From: Parcubacteria group bacterium
GTDB taxonomy: Bacteria > Patescibacteriota > Minisyncoccia > Phycocordibacterales > Phycocordibacteraceae
Assembly (NCBI GenBank): GCA_028286825.1
Contig: JAQBQV010000011.1
Coordinates: forward strand, 12,920-76,919
DNA length: 64,000 nt
Direction of reading: 5' to 3'
In this document: piece by piece, positions 28,846 to 37,047 of the stretch
Position numbering within the stretch: the stretch's first letter is position 1
How the letters are laid out: each line of letters opens with the position of its first letter
Made by a program: the position numbers and the translations under genes
Notes under the pieces: generated by a model
What the model saw: the letters and a program-made list of their open reading frames with translations, nothing else
Told to the model about the DNA's origin: nothing
The model's database searches: none

Positions 28846-29023
28846 TGTTCTGTTTTTAATGGACGACAGTGGTTCGAACATCCTCTACCCAGCGGAGCAA
28901 AATTGACATAGTATGTAGAATGTCATATGATATTTCTGATTCTTAGTCCGTACGGCTAAGTCGCCCCATGGGGTAAGGACGTTATCTGTGCGTCGTCTCA
29001 CGGAGATTAAAAGGAGAGCTCGA

Positions 29024-29458
29024 ATGAGCGATGGAAACGGTCAGTGTTATCAATTGGAATCTGGACCCTCACGAGAAGATTTCTTCGATAGTTTGCGTCT
29101 AGGAATGGAGGCCGAGTCATTACGGGTGCTGGAATTTTGGTGCACACATCAGCGCCCTACAGACTGCACAGGGCGAATCATGTACATCGAAATTCAAGGC
29201 ATTCATCGTTACGGCGAAGAAGAAGACAAGTGGTTCTTCTTCGGTCGTGAACGGGCCTTGATTCTTCTTCCAGATGGTCCCATGGAGGGTTGGAAAGCTC
29301 CCAGTATGGATTTCGCTTTCGGCACGTGGGACACCCAACATCGGAAAGGAGCGGTGATGATGCACAAAAACGGTTCTTTTTTCACTGCACCCATGACTGA
29401 GCGCGAAATTTTCGAACGCGCATACCCCACAGCTAAGAAGCGACCAAGAAGACGTTAA
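29024..29458 (+). CDS. Cassette: hypothetical protein
   Basis: AAGGAG RBS, TTGACA after the repeat. Confidence 0.7.
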   Translation: MSDGNGQCYQLESGPSREDFFDSLRLGMEAESLRVLEFWCTHQRPTDCTGRIMYIEIQGIHRYGEEEDKWFFFGRERALILLPDGPMEGWKAPSMDFAFGTWDTQHRKGAVMMHKNGSFFTAPMTEREIFERAYPTAKKRPRRR

Positions 29459-29461
29459 ACG

Positions 29462-29493
29462 CCGCTCGCCAGATACCGCGTCTGTTCGAGCGG
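29462..29493 (+). terminator. Cassette hairpin family 2
   Basis: CCGCTCGCCAGA...TCTGTTCGAGCGG plus T-tract; related copies at 33979 and 38803. Confidence 0.7.
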
Positions 29494-29641
29494 TTTCTGT
29501 TTTTACTCAGAACAGGTTCGAACGTCATCCACCCATCGGAGCCCTCAATAGATTTAGTTCGAACTTCCTCGACCGATAGGAAATACCCCTTCATAAAAAC
29601 CTCATAGCATACACACGCGTTAGGGTGTACTGTTCCTGTAC

Positions 29642-30655
29642 ATGAACCTACCTAGTTATGGGTTAGATCCTCAGCTTTCAGAAGCAATTTTCGGTACTAT
29701 CCGTGAACCCATGGTCGTACTGAGCGAAGACTTACACGTCATTGTCGCAAGTCGCGCTTTTTATGAAAAATTCCAGACGCCTTTTGGTGATGCTGAAGGT
29801 AAACTGTTCTACGAACTGGGCAATGGGCAATGGAACGTCCCTCGCTTGCGTACCTTGCTTGAAGAGGTAATTCCAAAAAAGAGTGTCGTTCGCGACCATG
29901 AGGTTGAGCATGTGTTCGACCATCTAGGGAAACGAATCATGCTGATTAATGCCCGTGAGATTGTATATGAGAACGGACTAAAAAAAATGCTTCTCTCCAT
30001 CCTTGACGTAACAGAGCTGCGTGCTGGCGAGGAACACAAGCTTCAATTAATGGAGCAAAAGGATACTCTTCTGAAAGAAATGCGGCATCGCATTGCCAAC
30101 AGCCTTCAGCTTATCGCGAGCATTATTCTACTGAAAGCACATACAGTCCCTTCCGAAGAAAGCCGTATGCATCTTGAAGACGCTCACGACCGCATTCTCT
30201 CTATTGCTACCGTACAGAGAAATCTGGATCCAACTGACTCAGGTGCTGAAGTACCAATCACTGAATACTTAAGGACGCTCTGTTCGAGCCTCGCAAAATC
30301 AATGATTGGAGGGCGAAAGCCGATACAGCTTGTTGTGCAGGGAGATGCGAGTACGGTTACGCCCGATGAGGCAATCAGTCTGGGGCTCATGACAACCGAG
30401 CTCGTCATAAATTCACTAAAGCACGCATTCCCATCTGGCGAAGGCAACGTGACCGTGAGTTATCACACGCTAAAGACTGACTGGATTTTGGTGATCAAGG
30501 ACGATGGAGTTGGATATTCCTTAGCGGTAAACAATAAGGAAGACGGGCTCGGGACAAGCATAATCGAGTCCCTCGCAAATCAAATGAAGGCCACCATTAA
30601 GCGAGAAAGTTCACACCTGGGTACGACTGTTTCTGTTGGGAGCGCCGCGACCTAA
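29642..30655 (+). CDS. Cassette: PAS plus HisKA_2/HWE-type histidine kinase
   Basis: EMRHRIANSLQ H-box, ELVINSLKHAF N-box, DDGVG, GLGTSI. Confidence 0.9.
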   Translation: MNLPSYGLDPQLSEAIFGTIREPMVVLSEDLHVIVASRAFYEKFQTPFGDAEGKLFYELGNGQWNVPRLRTLLEEVIPKKSVVRDHEVEHVFDHLGKRIMLINAREIVYENGLKKMLLSILDVTELRAGEEHKLQLMEQKDTLLKEMRHRIANSLQLIASIILLKAHTVPSEESRMHLEDAHDRILSIATVQRNLDPTDSGAEVPITEYLRTLCSSLAKSMIGGRKPIQLVVQGDASTVTPDEAISLGLMTTELVINSLKHAFPSGEGNVTVSYHTLKTDWILVIKDDGVGYSLAVNNKEDGLGTSIIESLANQMKATIKRESSHLGTTVSVGSAAT

Positions 30656-30787
30656 TCCTAAGATACGTACGTTCGAACTTCCTCTAGCCAGTGGAGCATG
30701 GGGGTTGATATGTAATAAGAATTGTTTTATATAAAGAAAGGCGAGTCTCTTCAGGCTCACAGTTCAAACTTCCATTAGGAGAAAGCT

Positions 30788-31192
30788 ATGGCAAAGGATG
30801 TCAGCGCTGCAGAGCAGTCAGGACTCTCGTTTAAGGAGCGTTGCACGCATGCGAAGGAATACGTCGAGGCGCAGTGGACCTTCATCCAGAACAACGCCAC
30901 AATTGCACTCATGGGTCAGCAGGCGAATGCCACCGACTCCGTGGAACACGAACGGCAACAGGAGCGCCGCCTCGCGGAAATCGCAGATGCAGACCTGCGA
31001 CAAGACCTTCGAGAGTCATTCGGCGAATTGTCCAGTCGCATGGAAAAGTTTTACAGCAAACTCAAAGAAGCCGATCGTGAGCTGATGCAAAAGCTCTGGT
31101 CGCTCACAATCGAGAGCTGCAAAAGCCTGTATGGCGAGGATGCCACCGCTGTGGCACTCAATCAGACAAATCGCGCCCGCCAAGGCAATTGA
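30788..31192 (+). CDS. Cassette: hypothetical coiled-coil protein
   Basis: AGGAG RBS; promoter after the repeat. Confidence 0.7.
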   Translation: MAKDVSAAEQSGLSFKERCTHAKEYVEAQWTFIQNNATIALMGQQANATDSVEHERQQERRLAEIADADLRQDLRESFGELSSRMEKFYSKLKEADRELMQKLWSLTIESCKSLYGEDATAVALNQTNRARQGN

Positions 31193-31218
31193 CATCATCA
31201 GTCTGAAAGGAATCGACG

Positions 31219-31401
31219 ATGGTATCGGACGAGAGTATCGGAAAAGAGTTTGGACTGACCCAAGCTCAGACTGCCGCGCTTCTTCATGACGACCCTGCCT
31301 GGGCGCTACACATTGGCCTCGAGAACTTCCAATCAAATGGACCGATGGCCGACTTCCTAAGGAGGAAGATCGCTAATGCAGAAAGTGATATTACCGCTTA
31401 A
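31219..31401 (+). CDS. Cassette: small hypothetical protein
   Basis: AAGGA RBS; family-1 hairpin follows at 31414. Confidence 0.55.
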   Translation: MVSDESIGKEFGLTQAQTAALLHDDPAWALHIGLENFQSNGPMADFLRRKIANAESDITA

Positions 31402-31609
31402 TTTTCATCAACGCCCGACGGAGTCCCGGCTCCTGTCGGGTGTCTCTTTTATACGAACGAATCAGTTCGAACATCCTCCGGCCAGCGGAGCCAGCTATTG
31501 ACGTAATCTATATAACGTGCTATTCTGTTCACAGGACTGAATGGCTGCATTGAAGCCATTTGGTGACCTGATCCGATATTTGATAAATTATATATGAGGA
31601 GTGCCGACT

Positions 31610-31891
31610 ATGAAATTTCGCTACAGTGTCATCATTGCAGCGCTGATCGGGCTCGCAGCATGCGAGAAAGCACCACTTCGCACCGAATCCAGCAATAACG
31701 CGCAGATCAACGTCCAACTGCTTTTCGAGCATGATGGATGCAAGATCTACCGTTTCGCGGACAATGGCTACAACCTCTACTTCACGAAGTGTGACCGCGG
31801 CCAAAGCCACGTAAGCTGGAACCAAACGATGATGGTCGGGAAAGCTGTACTCACAAGGCCTATGGAGGTACAGACCAATTACGACCAATGA
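31610..31891 (+). CDS. Cassette: lipoprotein, DUF4884-like
   Basis: Lipobox LAAC; LLFEHDGCKIYRFAD motif; GAGGAG RBS. Confidence 0.75.
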   Translation: MKFRYSVIIAALIGLAACEKAPLRTESSNNAQINVQLLFEHDGCKIYRFADNGYNLYFTKCDRGQSHVSWNQTMMVGKAVLTRPMEVQTNYDQ

Positions 31892-32107
31892 CACTGGTCA
31901 ACGACCTCATTAACGCCCGACAGAGCCCCGGCTCCTGTCGGGCGTCTCTTTTTATACAAGATTTGGAATGTAATATGTCCCCTTCTCTCCTTGTATCCAA
32001 GTTCTAATAGCCTCAGCAGTGCGGAGCAAAATTTGACATTTATATTATAGTGTTTTATATATAAGTTGGGCAACCTAGTTCATCACTTACCTCGAAAGGA
32101 GGCGCAC

Positions 32108-32704
32108 GTGAAAGATTTCGCTTTCGCTCTTAATGTCTTCGGCGCTTGTCTCGGGTCCCTTACTGCTTGCTTATACGCCCTGCGTGTTTGGCAAAAAAAG
32201 GAGTGTGCCAATCTAGCGACCTGGTCCATCATCTTTATTTTGGATTTCGTCGGCCTTTATCTCACGTATGTCACCGGCAACCACGAGCCATATATCCAGA
32301 TCGGCTGGTGCATAGCGGTAACGCTCATCGTCGCCGCCGCTTGGATACGTAAAGGTGATTGGTTATGGAAAGGGACTGACACTGTCGTACTCGTCACTTG
32401 TGCCATGTCAGTACTCGTGTGGGTTACGAGCAAGGAAGTCTTCCTTTCCCTGTTTGGTTATCTCGCCGCGGTATACGGATCGTCCATACCGCAAGCAAGA
32501 GACTATACCAGTGATCCGCATGCCGCACATAAAAGTGCCTGGATGTGGCAGTTGAGTCTGATCGCAATTCTGTTTCCAATATCGGCAAAGCTGCTCGATG
32601 GTAAATACGGCATCGAACACACATTGGTGTACGTTGCGTTGTTTGTACTTAACATCATCATGGCAGCGCTCTGCATGCGGCGGACTACCCGCCACACTTT
32701 CTAA
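32108..32704 (+). CDS. Cassette: multi-TM protein, distant homolog of 1633-2223
   Basis: AAGGAGG RBS, GTG start; ANLATW and IPQARDYTSDP motifs. Confidence 0.7.
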   Translation: MKDFAFALNVFGACLGSLTACLYALRVWQKKECANLATWSIIFILDFVGLYLTYVTGNHEPYIQIGWCIAVTLIVAAAWIRKGDWLWKGTDTVVLVTCAMSVLVWVTSKEVFLSLFGYLAAVYGSSIPQARDYTSDPHAAHKSAWMWQLSLIAILFPISAKLLDGKYGIEHTLVYVALFVLNIIMAALCMRRTTRHTF

Positions 32705-32716
32705 AAGGAACCTCAG

Positions 32717-32953
32717 ATGCAAACCCCGGAAGAAGTCAGCGTAGTAAGTCACGTGCCGTTAGTTCTCGTCTTGAGTCTACCGGACGGCTGCACATCAGGT
32801 AGATGGGAGGCGGCAGAATCATTCGCCGCTAGCATCACCCGGGCTCGTCAGTTGTATCCCGGCCGCCAGTTCCAATTCATACCCTTTTCCTACAAGACAG
32901 ACGGCGACGGAAAAGATCCCGCATTGGAAACGATGCTCGCAATCGCACAATAA
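32717..32953 (+). CDS. Cassette: small hypothetical protein
   Basis: AAGGA RBS; family-1 hairpin follows at 32960. Confidence 0.55.
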   Translation: MQTPEEVSVVSHVPLVLVLSLPDGCTSGRWEAAESFAASITRARQLYPGRQFQFIPFSYKTDGDGKDPALETMLAIAQ

Positions 32954-33127
32954 CAACCACCCGACGGAGCCCCGGCTCCTGTCGGGTGTCTTCGTTTTCA
33001 TACACGGATTCGAACATCCTCCAGCCAGCGGAGCTAGAAATTGACAAACGCTATTAGTTATGCTATATAAACTGGGTGCTAAGTTCCTTAGCTAAGACAT
33101 ACTTCACTTAAGAACAGGAGGAAGCAG

Positions 33128-33697
33128 ATGAAAAAGGTACTGCCTTGCTTGATAATTGTCCTCATCGGGAGCGTCATTTCTGTAGTGTTCGAGAATCGGT
33201 CCGGCATGATGAATGCCTTACAGACCGCAGGAATTCAATGGACGACGTCGGTCGTCTTCGCTATCGGGGCAGGCACCGGCATGTTCGCCTATCGGCTCCT
33301 CAGGAAAGCGACGCTCGAAAGTATGAGTATGCTGTGGCAGCGCTTGTTCAAAGGGGTGCTTCTCGTTGGTCTGTGCTCCTTGTTCATCTTTGCGGCGGAT
33401 TACGAACATAAGAGACGCGAGTCAAAAAGCGTAGAGCATCTTTCATATCACAAATACTACAAAGCTGGTGATCTAGTGGAGATGCGGACGGACGGACGGA
33501 GAGGGGTCGTTCTTGAAGTGTCGGGGTGCCTGTCAACGCATATGGACAGTCATCGTTCATGCAATTACAGCGTGCGCTTCCCCAGCTCCGCTGTACGTAC
33601 TAATACTCACCTGCTCGATCCTGATGGACCGATTCGTGCAGTGCCGTATGAGGTGTTGATCGTTTACGACTACGAACTCACACGTGCCCAGACATGA
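33128..33697 (+). CDS. Cassette: membrane protein with SH3/KOW-like C-terminus
   Basis: AGGAGG RBS; three TM helices then YKAGDLVEM. Confidence 0.65.
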   Translation: MKKVLPCLIIVLIGSVISVVFENRSGMMNALQTAGIQWTTSVVFAIGAGTGMFAYRLLRKATLESMSMLWQRLFKGVLLVGLCSLFIFAADYEHKRRESKSVEHLSYHKYYKAGDLVEMRTDGRRGVVLEVSGCLSTHMDSHRSCNYSVRFPSSAVRTNTHLLDPDGPIRAVPYEVLIVYDYELTRAQT

Positions 33698-33751
33698 ACT
33701 CATAAAGTCGGTCGGGGTGCTTTGTTTCTAATCCACTTGAGGAGAATCAGC

Positions 33752-33961
33752 ATGGCAACAATCGGCATAGCATTCGACGCGTTCCCGGAACAAGGCATAT
33801 ACCTCGGTAAGAAAGTACGTGTCTGTTTTAGCTACGACAAGTCGCGAACAATTGACGGAACGGTTGTCCGGGACGACATTGAAGATCCGGGACATACCAT
33901 CATAAAGCTCGAAGATGGTCGCCACGTCCTGGCAACTGAGTGCCAATACCAGCCGCTGTAA
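33752..33961 (+). CDS. Cassette: small beta-rich phage-like protein
   Basis: GAGGAG RBS; FPEQG...VCFSYD...GTVVRDD...LATECQY. Confidence 0.65.
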   Translation: MATIGIAFDAFPEQGIYLGKKVRVCFSYDKSRTIDGTVVRDDIEDPGHTIIKLEDGRHVLATECQYQPL

Positions 33962-34139
33962 AGTGCTTACGACGCAATCCGCTCGACAGACACCGAGTCT
34001 GTTCGAGCGGTTCTGTTTTTAAACACAGGTTCGAACATCTTCTATCCAGCAGAGCTGACTTTTTTAGTAATTGTGCTATAGTTAAGATAGAAGTTGCACT
34101 GGGTTAACCAAGCAGTCTTACCACCGTGAAGGAATTCTG

Positions 34140-34820
34140 ATGACCCTATTCAAAGCCGTTCTGTTCTTACTCTCTAGCGTTATTGCCTGTGCTCCGTGCG
34201 GAGCACAGCAACAACTGACTCAACAAACGTTGATACAGCAGGTGCTCAATCCCTTGCGTCAGCATATTGTTGCTTCGTATCCAATCTCAGATCTGAAAGT
34301 GAAGTTCGTTGATGCCCTCGGCGATTCCGCTGTTACGCTTGCAGTCGCGCAAAGATACTCGGTAGTTGGAGGGCATGGCATTGGCGGAGATACACCACTA
34401 GCTTTTAGCGGCCCTCGACCCGATGGGGCAGGGCCTGCCGTGATCATCGTTTTCGAGAACTTCGTCGAGCGAATGCAGTACGGAGTAAAGTTCGCGAAGA
34501 GCCAGAAAGAGTACGAAGAGTACCTTGAAGACTTGCTCATTGGTGTGTACTTGCACGAGTACTACCACATCAAGAAGCAAGGATTCTGGAAACTCAATAA
34601 TACTCGAGCCGAGATGATTGCATTCGAAGCTGATTGCTGGAAATACACTGTGGAGGAAATACTTCTGCCCATGCAGCGAGGTGGGCGAGGCAAATTGCTA
34701 CCAGGCACCTTTGATGACACTGTTCTTGCTCTTTACACAGAGCTTAAGGGTAAGACATCCGATCCTCGATGGAAGAAGTTGTTTGAGGATACGTACGGCA
34801 AGAGCAAGCCAAGTTCGTAG
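34140..34820 (+). CDS. Cassette: secreted protein with HExxH motif (putative zinc metallopeptidase)
   Basis: Signal peptide; LHEYYH with a downstream E. Confidence 0.65.
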   Translation: MTLFKAVLFLLSSVIACAPCGAQQQLTQQTLIQQVLNPLRQHIVASYPISDLKVKFVDALGDSAVTLAVAQRYSVVGGHGIGGDTPLAFSGPRPDGAGPAVIIVFENFVERMQYGVKFAKSQKEYEEYLEDLLIGVYLHEYYHIKKQGFWKLNNTRAEMIAFEADCWKYTVEEILLPMQRGGRGKLLPGTFDDTVLALYTELKGKTSDPRWKKLFEDTYGKSKPSS

Positions 34821-35024
34821 TCTGCAATGCACTATCAACCACCAGACAGCGTAAGCTGCTTCGGTGGTTTACGTTTTCATGACATCAAATTATCCATGAT
34901 CCAATGTGGAGAGTTTAATTGACAATTATGTAAACACGTACAATAGTAAATATAGTTTCACTTCTGCTGTCTGCAGAGCATATCCTGTTCATTCTCTGTT
35001 TCTGTTATTCACGAGGAGGCTTCG

Positions 35025-35447
35025 ATGACGTCCGGACTCGTTTCGCCAATGTACCCTGTACTCCACTTCCCTATTCCGGGACAGCCCAGGGAGATATGCC
35101 TAATAGCGTCACAGCAACACTTTGGAATCCTTATTCCGATTGAAAGCTGGGACGAGGCAGTACTCAGGCCCCTCTTCAACTCGACGCTGGATACTTTTTC
35201 GTTGTGGTATCAGAAATATGTCGATTTTGTGAAAGGGCTAGAAAAACATACTCTCCCGCCGCCGCCGAAAGATGATATCGTGCTTTTTGCTGACGTCTTT
35301 TCGACCACTAAACCTACTGCGGCAGATCTGCCCGAACACAGGATTAGTACAGCGACAATGGAGGGCGGGGGCGATTTCCTCTTTGTGAGAGAAAGAGGCG
35401 TGCAAATTGGTGAGTTCTTCCATCAGTCATTGACGATTCGCCAGTAA
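35025..35447 (+). CDS. Cassette: hypothetical protein
   Basis: GAGGAGG RBS, TTGACA promoter at 34919, hairpin at 35471. Confidence 0.65.
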   Translation: MTSGLVSPMYPVLHFPIPGQPREICLIASQQHFGILIPIESWDEAVLRPLFNSTLDTFSLWYQKYVDFVKGLEKHTLPPPPKDDIVLFADVFSTTKPTAADLPEHRISTATMEGGGDFLFVRERGVQIGEFFHQSLTIRQ

Positions 35448-35644
35448 CCGAGACTCCGTTTACGACTCAACCGCCACCAACAGAACCGTTGGGAGGCGGT
35501 TCATCATTTCATTAAGCAGTAGTTCGAACATCCTCTACCACCACAAAAGAGTACTTCCATTTTTATAGTCGCTCTGCTCCTTAAAAATTAGGTCGCCAGC
35601 GGAGCCCTGAATGGACTTAGTTCGAAACTGGTATAATTTTTCCA

Positions 35645-35914
35645 ATGAACACGGGTCGATCCGACAATTCACTAGAGAGTTTCGACCGCACAAAATTCAT
35701 TGCGAAAATTTTGGCCGTTATCATAACTACCTTTGCGATATTTTTCGCAGCGTTATTTTTTCCTGACCATTGCTACGCTAATTGTCGCATTTCTGTTTAT
35801 TATATTGACCGTCCTCAGACGTGGTTTGAGCTGGGCGTTTGGTTTATCGCTAGTCTGGCCTTTTCCACCTATCTAGTCTTTTTTAGAAAAGGAAAAAAAC
35901 TTTCTCTGGTATAG
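35645..35914 (+). CDS. Cassette: small two-TM protein
   Basis: TATAAT just upstream; lies between repeats. Confidence 0.55.
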   Translation: MNTGRSDNSLESFDRTKFIAKILAVIITTFAIFFAALFFPDHCYANCRISVYYIDRPQTWFELGVWFIASLAFSTYLVFFRKGKKLSLV

Positions 35915-36079
35915 CCTTTTATCGTTCTTTAATACACCAAGTTCAAATATCCTCTACCTAGCGGTAGCAAAGTTTAGATGCAAACAAAAAAGCCATTTTC
36001 TGTAGGGGGCGTAACAGAAACCCCTTCGGTTACGTCATGGTGGTTAGCGCGGCGCGCATTAATCAGTAATTACAAGACC

Positions 36080-36589
36080 ATGGCAACAATCAGCGGAATC
36101 TTTCCCACTAAAGCAGAGGCAGAGATGGCAATAGATGAGCTAAAAAATATCGGCGTTCCTGACACAGATATTTCCTGTATCTATCCAGATATAGAAGGAG
36201 ATCTGCATGACGACCAAAAAGGAGAAAAAATAGGGAGTGGTGCTGCCTCAGGAGCTACGACTGGAGCTGTGCTTGGGACCATTGCTGGTCTTGCTGTAGC
36301 AAATGGTATCTTGCCCGGAGTTGGGACACTCTTTGTGGCTGGACCTCTCGCTGCAGCACTCGGCTTTACTGGAGCTGCGGCGACTACCGTAGCGGGAGCT
36401 GCCACTGGTGCAGCGGCAGGTGGTCTTATAGGTGCCCTAAGTCAGTACGGTATATCTGAAGCTGATGCACACCTCTACGAAGAGCGCATCAAAAAAGGAG
36501 AGGCCCTCGTTGTCTGTAAAACCGATTCTTCTGACGCCGCAACTGTGTTTACCTCCCACAATGCAGAAGAGGTACGACACACGGCTTAA
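36080..36589 (+). CDS. General stress protein (Gly/Ala-zipper membrane protein)
   Basis: GAASGATTGAVLG...PGVGTLFVAGPLAAALG...YEERIKKG. Confidence 0.8.
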   Translation: MATISGIFPTKAEAEMAIDELKNIGVPDTDISCIYPDIEGDLHDDQKGEKIGSGAASGATTGAVLGTIAGLAVANGILPGVGTLFVAGPLAAALGFTGAAATTVAGAATGAAAGGLIGALSQYGISEADAHLYEERIKKGEALVVCKTDSSDAATVFTSHNAEEVRHTA

Positions 36590-36614
36590 CCCCTAATAAC
36601 TAACTTTCACTCAT

Positions 36615-36875
36615 ATGGGAATAATCTTATGGATCATCTTCGGTGCACTCGTCGGCTGGATCGCGTCACTCATCATGAAGACCGACGCACAGCAAGGAGC
36701 ATTGCTGAATATTATTGTCGGCATTGTTGGTGCGGTCATTGGAGGCTGGATCATGAGTGCTTTCGGACAAACAGGCACAACTGGATTTAACCTGTACAGT
36801 TTCGTAGTTGCACTCCTGGGGGCTATCGTACTTATCTGGATTGTTAAAGCGGTTCGAGGTAATAAACTGGTCTAA
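36615..36875 (+). CDS. GlsB/YeaQ/YmgE family stress membrane protein
   Basis: [13 protein letters not shown]...[13 protein letters not shown]. Confidence 0.9.
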   Translation: MGIILWIIFGALVGWIASLIMKTDAQQGALLNIIVGIVGAVIGGWIMSAFGQTGTTGFNLYSFVVALLGAIVLIWIVKAVRGNKLV

Positions 36876-36914
36876 CAAACAAGTTGTAAAAACTTGATGG
36901 AGACACTGTGAATA

Positions 36915-36940
36915 TGAAAACGCCCGCAAGGGCGTTTTCA
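36915..36940. terminator. Intrinsic terminator
   Basis: TGAAAACGCCC-GCAA-GGGCGTTTTCA. Confidence 0.75.
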
Positions 36941-37047
36941 TTTATACGGTAAATCAAATATCCCCGAGCACTGCTAGAGCACTTCCCTTTTTTAGTCACT
37001 CTATGAACCATATAGATACCTCTATTAATTCGTTTATACTTTACACA

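Larger units (their letters stand above)
24655..35968 (+). repeat. Dispersed direct 28-bp att-like repeat array (about 17 copies)
   Basis: Copies start at 24655, 25233, 25561, 26075, 26402, 26985 (split), 27508, 28269, 28871, 29515, 29556 (partial), 30670, 31464, 32000, 33007, 34028, 35521 (split), 35940 (decayed). Confidence 0.93.
17256..35975. mobile_element. tRNA-Asn-integrated element: serine recombinase, replication/packaging-like module and att-delimited cassette array (right end approximate)
   Basis: Recombinase overlapping the tRNA 3' end, helicase, TerS-like gene, repeats sharing the tRNA 3' core up to ~35.97 kb. Confidence 0.8.

Noticed and set aside
34885-34912. Additional repeat copy before TTGACA at 34919
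   Set aside because: Position fits the cassette pattern but only TGGAG is recognisable; too degenerate to call.
24655-35968. CRISPR array
   Set aside because: The 28-bp repeats are separated by hundreds of bp containing genes and are degenerate; no cas genes in the window.
24655-35968. Classical integron
   Set aside because: No IntI tyrosine recombinase; the repeats lack the RYYYAAC...GTTRRRY attC architecture; cassettes carry their own promoters.
24655-35968. Shufflon (inversion system)
   Set aside because: Repeats are essentially all in direct orientation, which predicts excision/integration rather than inversion.
24655-35968. Array of tRNA genes or simple tRNA 3' duplications
   Set aside because: No cloverleafs; spacing differs from the tRNA by a constant 5 bp and the T-stem pairing is not kept.
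17256-35975. Complete prophage
   Set aside because: No large terminase, portal, capsid, tail or lysis genes recognised.
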